A DNA stretch of 32,000 nucleotides, taken from Pyrodictium delaneyi (GTDB lineage: Archaea; Thermoproteota; Thermoprotei_A; Sulfolobales; Pyrodictiaceae). Location: NCBI RefSeq assembly GCF_001412615.1, contig NZ_CP013011.1:1620001-1652000 (forward strand). The letters run 5' to 3'. Below are positions 26,398 to 32,000 of this stretch, piece after piece; the stretch's first letter is position 1; each line of letters opens with the position of its first letter. A program made the translations under genes and the position numbers. The notes beneath the pieces were generated by a model, which ran no database searches, had not been told where the DNA came from, and was given only the letters and a program-made list of their open reading frames with translations.

Positions 26398-27629
26398 TCC
26401 GTTTCCCTCTTGTACTCTATTATCTCGGTTATGTGTTTCTCAAGGAGTTCAAGGGGGCCTATACTTATGCCTATTAGTGTACTCTTTCCACGATAACCTT
26501 TTCCTGATACACGAGCATCTATAATGCCCCTCTTCTTCAAGTCCATAACGTATTCATAGACTTGTGTATGCCGTCTTGGTTTTTCGCCTATTTCTTCACA
26601 TATGCGTTGGTATTCTTCCTCTACCTCGCCTATTCTGACATATGCTTCTGACGAATGCCTCAGGCTTCGTATTGCTGCCAAGAGTATGAGTAGCTCGTGT
26701 AATGGCAGATGTTTTATGACATCATTTATCATTATTGAAAGGTTGGGGTTTGTTTTTGCAAAGGCTCTCCTTACGTGCTCTATAGTAACTGTGGGAGAGC
26801 CTTCATTATCAGCTTCCGTTCCGGCCAGCATAAGTATTTCTAGTGCCAGGCGTGCATTACCGCTTCCGCCGGTGTCGACGCCCACTAGTTCAGAGATATA
26901 GTTCAGCACGTCATCACTGATAGTGCCTTCATAGAATGCTTCGCTGCTTCGGTATTTCAGTATATCAAATAGCTCTGCGCTGGTGTATGGCTTAAAGTGT
27001 ATGACATTTCTGACTAGATAGCTTTCGGTAGCCGAGTCTAAACGGCTTAGGCTGGTTAACCCTCTCGTGATGAATATGTAGCTTATTCGTTTGGTAAGCT
27101 CTGGATGTTCATCGTATGTTCGTACGAGGAAGTAGACGGCATCGTTGCCAGCAACTTCTATAAAGTAGTCGAACTCGTCAAGTGTTATTATAGTGTAGAT
27201 GTTTCTATTCTCGAGATGTTTCAGTATTATTTGGAACATCTCTTGTGCTGAGAGACCTCGAGGAGGTATAGGTATATGCAGCTGTCTAGCTATCTCTTGT
27301 ACTACGAAGTATAGAGTTCTATCGCGATGACAGTTGACATGTACATATTCTAGCTTTATTCCACGTTGCCGTGCAAGATGCTTGAAGTCGCTTCCGAATC
27401 TCCGTGCTGTAGCACTCTTACCGGTACCTATGCTACCAACTAGCAGTACACGCTGAGAGATCGTGCCAGGTTCTAACAATAATGGACGGAAGTAAGTAGC
27501 CAAGCTCTTGAGTTGTTCCTCCCTGTGTGGCAGATACGCGGGCACATACTCTGGGTATAGTTTCTCCCTACTCTTGAATACTGAAGGGTGCTCGAGGACA
27601 CTTTCGATTATGTCACGTGCGGTAGGCAT
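26394..27629 (-). CDS. cdc6: Orc1/Cdc6 replication initiator
   Basis: N-terminal YVP..LPHRE.Q, Walker A GSIGTGKS, Walker B TLDEFDY, AAA+ lid and C-terminal wH (DLKKRGIIDARVSGKGYRGKS). 411 aa. Confidence 0.93.
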   Translation of the reverse strand: MPTARDIIESVLEHPSVFKSREKLYPEYVPAYLPHREEQLKSLATYFRPLLLEPGTISQRVLLVGSIGTGKSATARRFGSDFKHLARQRGIKLEYVHVNCHRDRTLYFVVQEIARQLHIPIPPRGLSAQEMFQIILKHLENRNIYTIITLDEFDYFIEVAGNDAVYFLVRTYDEHPELTKRISYIFITRGLTSLSRLDSATESYLVRNVIHFKPYTSAELFDILKYRSSEAFYEGTISDDVLNYISELVGVDTGGSGNARLALEILMLAGTEADNEGSPTVTIEHVRRAFAKTNPNLSIMINDVIKHLPLHELLILLAAIRSLRHSSEAYVRIGEVEEEYQRICEEIGEKPRRHTQVYEYVMDLKKRGIIDARVSGKGYRGKSTLIGISIGPLELLEKHITEIIEYKRETE

Positions 27630-27663
27630 AGTTTCAGTCTACCCATGTAACCTACGCCATGTA

Positions 27664-28248
27664 TTACCTTTTACTCTCTTCCGCCGAGGTGTTGCCGAGT
27701 CTCATCTTACGCCATGTCTGCATACGATCCCACTTACTTTTCATGATAGCCGCAACAATGCCGTACCTAGTATCTTCAAGCTTTAGTACGTAATCAGACT
27801 TGCGTAGAATCCTAAGTCCCACCAGGGCGGTTAGGGAGTTAGATAGAGCGTTGTTCCACCTTTTATCATCTCCACCTAGCATGAAGAATCCTCGGGGCTT
27901 AACCTCTAAGCCGATAGTATCGTCTTTTACACGATCGCGTATGAGACTGTACAGCACATCGATTAGACGTTTTACTGAAGAGGAATCTTCAACATTAGCT
28001 GTTAGCTCGACGAGATATTCCACCGGAATTACCCGCTCTATAGATGCCGGAGGCTCTCTGACAACGAGCTTAAATGCATGCATGGGCTCTAGTTTGCACG
28101 AAAAGACGTATAGTAGGGGTACTCTTTCATCTGCATATACATTTACACTCTCATCATACCTGAAGAGTGCGTCGCCAAGCTCCTCTATAGCGGAGGGTAG
28201 CCGCCAAGGTTTAGTAGTTGCAATGAGTACTAGTCTACACTTATTCAT
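27664..28248 (-). CDS. THUMP-domain-like putative RNA-binding protein
   Basis: About 190 aa with an N-terminal ferredoxin-like LVLIATT...AIEELGDAL segment and a later EVKPRG....L...L....G.RI..KSDYVLKLE pattern reminiscent of stand-alone archaeal THUMP proteins. Assignment is from memory. Confidence 0.45.
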   Translation of the reverse strand: MNKCRLVLIATTKPWRLPSAIEELGDALFRYDESVNVYADERVPLLYVFSCKLEPMHAFKLVVREPPASIERVIPVEYLVELTANVEDSSSVKRLIDVLYSLIRDRVKDDTIGLEVKPRGFFMLGGDDKRWNNALSNSLTALVGLRILRKSDYVLKLEDTRYGIVAAIMKSKWDRMQTWRKMRLGNTSAEESKR

Positions 28249-28349
28249 AGATGGTAATCACCGTAACCTGTACTCTGGCCCTTTGCAATGCAGTGTTGAA
28301 TTGATATAAAGGGTTGTATCCCATAAGTAAAAATGATGGTGTTAAGGAC

Positions 28350-29690
28350 CTAGCCTATAGTATGAGATGTATATAGGTAGACGAAGCCTTTGTACACTAG
28401 TCTTCCTGCATAAACGGCGTCCCCTGCCAGCTCCTCTTCTATACGTAGAAGCTCATTGTACTTGGCTGTCCGTTCCCCTCTGGCTGGCGCTCCTGTCTTG
28501 ATGAATCCGACTCTTAGGCCCACGGCTATATGTGATATTGTCGTATCCTCGGTCTCTCCGCTTCTGTGGCTCACTATTACACGCATACCATTACGTAGTG
28601 CGGCATATGCGTAATCTATAGCTTCGGTTAGTGTTCCTATCTGGTTAACTTTCAGTAGAGCAGCATTTGAGGCCCTGTACTCGATGCCTTTCTTTAAGCG
28701 CTCTAAATTGGTAACATAGAGGTCGTCACCTACTATAAGGACTTTGCTGCCAATGCGTTTTGTTAGCTCTGCGTGTCCTTCGAAGTCATCCTCGTAGAAG
28801 GGGTCCTCTATGCTGGCAATAGGGTACTCCTCTACGAGGCTGACATAATAGTCAAGAAGCTCTTCCTTACTGAGAGATTTACCGTCGACTAAGTATACGT
28901 TCTTTTCGGCGTCGTAGAAATGTGATGCGGCCGCGTCTAGGGCGAGAAGTACATCGTCGCCTAATGCGTAGCCGGCCTTGTTTATAGCTTCACGGAGAGC
29001 TTCAAGGGCCTCTCTATTATTCTTCATAGGCGGTGCATAGCCTCCCTCATCGCCGACATTAATAGCCATGGCCCCGTAGCGGTTCTTTAGAACTTGTTTA
29101 AGTGTATGGTACACTTCTACAGCAATGCGAAGAGCGTCCTTAAATGTATCAGCGCCCACGGGAACTATCATAAACTCCTGGAAGCTTAGTTCATTCCCTG
29201 CGTGTGCGCCTCCGTTTATTATGTTTAAGAGTGGTACAGGTAGGATGAAAGTCCCTCCACTGCCACCAAGGTACTCGTAAAGTGGTATGCCTGCGGTGTC
29301 GGCAGCAGCCTTAGCCACGGCAAGCGACGTGGCAACGATGGCATTGGCTCCAAGCCTAGACTTGTTAGGTGTACCGTCGAGTCTACACATGATGAAGTCT
29401 ATAAGTCTCTGTCTACGTGAGTCAAGTCCACGTAGTCTGGGGCCTATAATGTTGTTCACGTTATATACGGCCTTGCTGACTCCCTTGCCCTTAAATTCTC
29501 TACCGCCATCCCTGACTTCTATAGCTTCGTGAAGTCCCTTAGAGGCTCCCGCGGGAGCAGCGGCGCGTCCGAAGCCTCCGCGCGTAACAACATCTACTTC
29601 TATTGTTGGGTTGCCCCTAGAGTCTAGAATCATCCTGGCGCGGACATTCTCTATAGTAAAGTCTTCGCGGAGACTAGCCGGTAAACCCAT
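28350..29690 (-). CDS. eno: Enolase (phosphopyruvate hydratase)
   Basis: ARMILDSRGNPTIEVDV, GASKG..EA.E.RDG, NGG.HAGN, SHRSGETED and KTGAPARGERTAKYN. I set the start at the ATG 29690 (446 aa). The 44 upstream codons of the longest ORF are non-homologous and would overlap trkA. Confidence 0.95.
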   Translation of the reverse strand: MGLPASLREDFTIENVRARMILDSRGNPTIEVDVVTRGGFGRAAAPAGASKGLHEAIEVRDGGREFKGKGVSKAVYNVNNIIGPRLRGLDSRRQRLIDFIMCRLDGTPNKSRLGANAIVATSLAVAKAAADTAGIPLYEYLGGSGGTFILPVPLLNIINGGAHAGNELSFQEFMIVPVGADTFKDALRIAVEVYHTLKQVLKNRYGAMAINVGDEGGYAPPMKNNREALEALREAINKAGYALGDDVLLALDAAASHFYDAEKNVYLVDGKSLSKEELLDYYVSLVEEYPIASIEDPFYEDDFEGHAELTKRIGSKVLIVGDDLYVTNLERLKKGIEYRASNAALLKVNQIGTLTEAIDYAYAALRNGMRVIVSHRSGETEDTTISHIAVGLRVGFIKTGAPARGERTAKYNELLRIEEELAGDAVYAGRLVYKGFVYLYTSHTIG

Positions 29691-29730
29691 ATAACAGCAC
29701 CCCTTCTTCCAGCCCGGAAGGGCTGTAGAC

Positions 29731-30390
29731 GTGCGTATACTCATCGTTGGTGCTGGTAAACTAGGCTCGCTACTCGCCAAGAGGCTGTCGGAAAAGGGGC
29801 ACGAAATAATAGTTATCGACAAGGACGAGAAAAAAGCAAAAGCGGTAGCCGAAGAAGCCGACGTAGCATCCTATGTAAGAGATGCCACCGACCCGTCTGC
29901 GTATGACGAAGTAAACATAACGAATGTGGATGTTGTAGTGGCTACTACAAATAGAGACGAAGTGAATCTGTTCGTAGCCTTGATGGCCCGTGAGTATGGA
30001 GTGCCACGTGTCATAGTAAAAGTCAGAGATAGTCGGATCGCACAATTATTATCCAGAATAGGTATTGCTGAGCATGTTGTAGTAGAGCCTAGAGTAATAG
30101 GCTCAATAGTGGAGGGTATAATAGAGGGTAAATACAATGTAGTTGAGCTAGTACCTGTTTACATAGGCGGGTTTAGGCTTGTTACGATAACCATAGCTGA
30201 AGGAAGTAGTGTAGAAGGACAACTTCTCGATGAAGTAAAGTATCCGCGTCATGGTGTTAAAATACTTGCAGTATTCGATGGAGAAGAATTCCACGATCCT
30301 GGTGAGGTTCTACGACTAGAAGCTGGGTATCAGATTATAGCATTGGTACGCGATGATGTAGTAGAGGAGTTTCTTGAAGCATTTAGATGA
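29731..30390 (+). CDS. trkA: TrkA-type K+ transport regulatory protein (RCK N and C domains)
   Basis: Rossmann GxGxxG motif (ILIVGAGKLGSLLAKRL), a following acidic residue (VIDKD), a C-terminal TrkA-C-like segment, 219 aa. GTG start. Confidence 0.85.
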   Translation: MRILIVGAGKLGSLLAKRLSEKGHEIIVIDKDEKKAKAVAEEADVASYVRDATDPSAYDEVNITNVDVVVATTNRDEVNLFVALMAREYGVPRVIVKVRDSRIAQLLSRIGIAEHVVVEPRVIGSIVEGIIEGKYNVVELVPVYIGGFRLVTITIAEGSSVEGQLLDEVKYPRHGVKILAVFDGEEFHDPGEVLRLEAGYQIIALVRDDVVEEFLEAFR

Positions 30391-31291
30391 GCAGTCTACA
30401 GAGGATAGCCTACCAGACCGGGGGTGTCATCAAGACGTGGTTGCAAATGAAACAACACAGACTCTAACAGTTGATAATGTGACCAGCCTCATAGGCCAAG
30501 CTGCAGGATTTATAAAGACACAGCTATTGACACCGCTTATACAATTATCAATAGTATTTGTAGTTGTGTATTTGTTTCTGCGCATAGTGAGATCTATACT
30601 GCTCCGTCTACAGAAACGTGATCTCGTATCCAGTACACTTGCCGAACAAATTTACCGGCTAGTTTCGCTCGTAACATATACAGTAACGATAATAACACTA
30701 ATCTACATGTTCACGAGTGCAAGAGAGGTCATCTATGTATTAATAGTAGCACTGGCTGCAATATTGCTAGCGAATTGGAGCATAATAGCAGATATATCTG
30801 CATACTACATAATGTTGGCGTTTAGACAAACTCATAGAGCTGCAACACTCATAGAGCTACCACGCCTCGGTATAAAAGGCAAAATCATCGGAACAGGACT
30901 ATTCCATACACGGATACGTACGCTTTCAGGTAAAATAGTCTACATACCAAATCACGTAATGCTAAGCGAGCCTGTCGCGCAACTGGCAAACGTTCAAAGC
31001 ACTGTAGCGCTAGAAGTAGAGCTAAACATACCTAAGGTTGAGAAAGGTAACCCTATAGAGCAACTTGAGCGTAATATCAAGAGTATCCTAGGCGAGGCAA
31101 GACTCGCTACGAGACCACAAGACATCACAATACTAGTACTTAGCGCTGACAACAATCGTGTAAAGCTTGAAATTCATGTACCAGTAATGGGTGCGGAACC
31201 TCGACCAGCAACTATAAACAACATAATATCAACACTCATGGATGAACTTGAAGAACTCTCGCCATCAATAAGGTTGAAGCAACTTGTCTAG
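30374..31291 (+). CDS. Small-conductance mechanosensitive channel (MscS family)
   Basis: Three TM helices followed by the MscS beta-domain pattern (GIKGKIIGTGLFHTRIRTLSGKIVYIPNHVML). The start is uncertain, since the TTG at 30374 overlaps the trkA end. Confidence 0.7.
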   Translation: MKHLDEQSTEDSLPDRGCHQDVVANETTQTLTVDNVTSLIGQAAGFIKTQLLTPLIQLSIVFVVVYLFLRIVRSILLRLQKRDLVSSTLAEQIYRLVSLVTYTVTIITLIYMFTSAREVIYVLIVALAAILLANWSIIADISAYYIMLAFRQTHRAATLIELPRLGIKGKIIGTGLFHTRIRTLSGKIVYIPNHVMLSEPVAQLANVQSTVALEVELNIPKVEKGNPIEQLERNIKSILGEARLATRPQDITILVLSADNNRVKLEIHVPVMGAEPRPATINNIISTLMDELEELSPSIRLKQLV

Positions 31292-31357
31292 AGTTAGCGC
31301 AAGCCTATTAGCGGATAGCCATTATGCTAGCACTAATGCGGTAGAGCTAAGCTAACG

Positions 31358-31684
31358 GTGGTGTCGATGCCGAGAAGGAAGAGAGACCCTTATGTCTGTC
31401 CCCAATGCGGTACTAGAACAGAACCTTCCAAAACATGGCAGCTAGTATCGCCCTTTCCCGACGCCAAGGGGCGTATAACAATAACAGTGATGGGTAGCTT
31501 CGTCTGTCCAGAATGTGGTCACCGATGGAGATCGGTAGTGTCTAAAATAAAGGTCGGTGGTAATGAAGTTGAAGTAGAGTCTGGCAAGGGAGCTAAGGCG
31601 GCAATAAAGAGTGACAAGGAAAAGGAGGAACGCCGTGGAGAAATAATAGAAATAGATATAGACGATATAGATGAAGAAGATTAG
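31358..31684 (+). CDS. Zinc-ribbon protein with acidic C-terminal tail
   Basis: CPQC...(35 aa)...CPEC gives a four-Cys ribbon, with a basic N-terminus (PRRKRDP) and an acidic tail (EIIEIDIDDIDEED). No family recognised. Confidence 0.55.
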   Translation: MVSMPRRKRDPYVCPQCGTRTEPSKTWQLVSPFPDAKGRITITVMGSFVCPECGHRWRSVVSKIKVGGNEVEVESGKGAKAAIKSDKEKEERRGEIIEIDIDDIDEED

Positions 31685-31751
31685 ATTACATAAATGAGAC
31701 ATAAATTGTTTGATAGTATCGATTAATACAACTAATTTCCGGGGTCTTTTA

Positions 31752-32000
31752 ATGCAGGAGAGCGTAAGAGTGCTCTTGAAGACACTAGCAATACTATTGC
31801 TGCTTGCTTCAGTGCTGCTAATCATAAAAAGTTATATAAAGAACGAATTAAATGTTGATACGCCCTTTGTTGTGGTCGAAGGATATAGCATGCTACCTAC
31901 ACTCTACAATGGTGACATTGTAATAGTCTACAAACCTCCTCCCGATGACATAAAGGTTGGTGATATACTAGTCTACCAGAGCCTAAGGGGAGAGCTAGTT
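31752..32000 (+). CDS. Signal peptidase I (archaeal S26B type), N-terminal part; the ORF runs off the right edge
   Basis: My own translation from the ATG at 31752: MQESVRVLLKTLAILLLLASVLLII...VVVEGYSMLPTLYNGDIVIVYKP. This shows a TM anchor plus the catalytic-Ser box G.SM.PT. The ORF is not in the track because it has no stop within the window. Confidence 0.8.
   Translation, partial: MQESVRVLLKTLAILLLLASVLLIIKSYIKNELNVDTPFVVVEGYSMLPTLYNGDIVIVYKPPPDDIKVGDILVYQSLRGELV

Noticed and set aside
26011-28349. Replication origin (ORB / mini-ORB repeats, AT-rich DUE) next to orc1/cdc6
   Set aside because: The three spacers around the gene (26011-26106, 27630-27663, 28249-28349) are short and contain no TCCAGTGGAAA-like inverted repeats that I could find by eye. 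I cannot exclude a divergent ORB without a motif scan.
29691-29822. 44-codon N-terminal extension of enolase in the longest ORF (490 aa)
   Set aside because: Enolase homology begins at MGLPASLREDFTIENV.ARMILDSRGNPT (ATG 29690). The extension is Ser/Pro/Cys-rich, has no homology and would overlap the divergent trkA start.
1-32000. CRISPR arrays, IS elements or transposases, integrases, prophage genes, toxin-antitoxin or known defence systems
   Set aside because: There are no arrays of regularly spaced repeats, no terminal inverted repeats flanking a transposase-like ORF and no att-like tRNA junctions. Every sizeable ORF is accounted for by a housekeeping or conserved archaeal function.

Overview
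This 32 kb window reads as a core chromosomal segment of a hyperthermophilic crenarchaeon. The protein similarities point to Desulfurococcales or Pyrodictiaceae, and the 803-codon family-B polymerase ORF matches my unverified recollection of Pyrodictium-type PolA. Genes are tightly packed on both strands with no sign of mobile DNA. The left part is an information-processing block: MetAP, a stand-alone 5S rRNA, PheRS alpha and beta, TyrRS, archaeal DnaG, an M50 site-2 protease, a nucleotidyltransferase plus radical-SAM pair, Pelota and a RimI-like acetyltransferase. From 15.4 to 27.6 kb there is a dense replisome cluster: PolB, a circularly permuted GTPase, a THEP1-like NTPase, MCM with an upstream Gins23-like gene, RFC small and large subunits, and Orc1/Cdc6 translationally coupled to a small wHTH protein. 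MoaC sits inside this cluster. To the right are a THUMP-like gene, enolase, TrkA, MscS, a zinc-ribbon protein and a partial signal peptidase. I found no CRISPR array, IS element, integrase or recognisable defence or toxin system, and I do not claim a novel multi-gene system. The items worth a second look are two unassigned GC-rich (about 70-75%) structured elements at 7.7 kb and 19.5 kb, a 490 bp ORF-free region with iterated motifs and a weak C/D-box sRNA candidate, and the Orc1/Cdc6-wHTH coupling with no visible adjacent ORB-type origin. Many starts in the ORF track are GTG or TTG longest-ORF calls, and I adjusted several.
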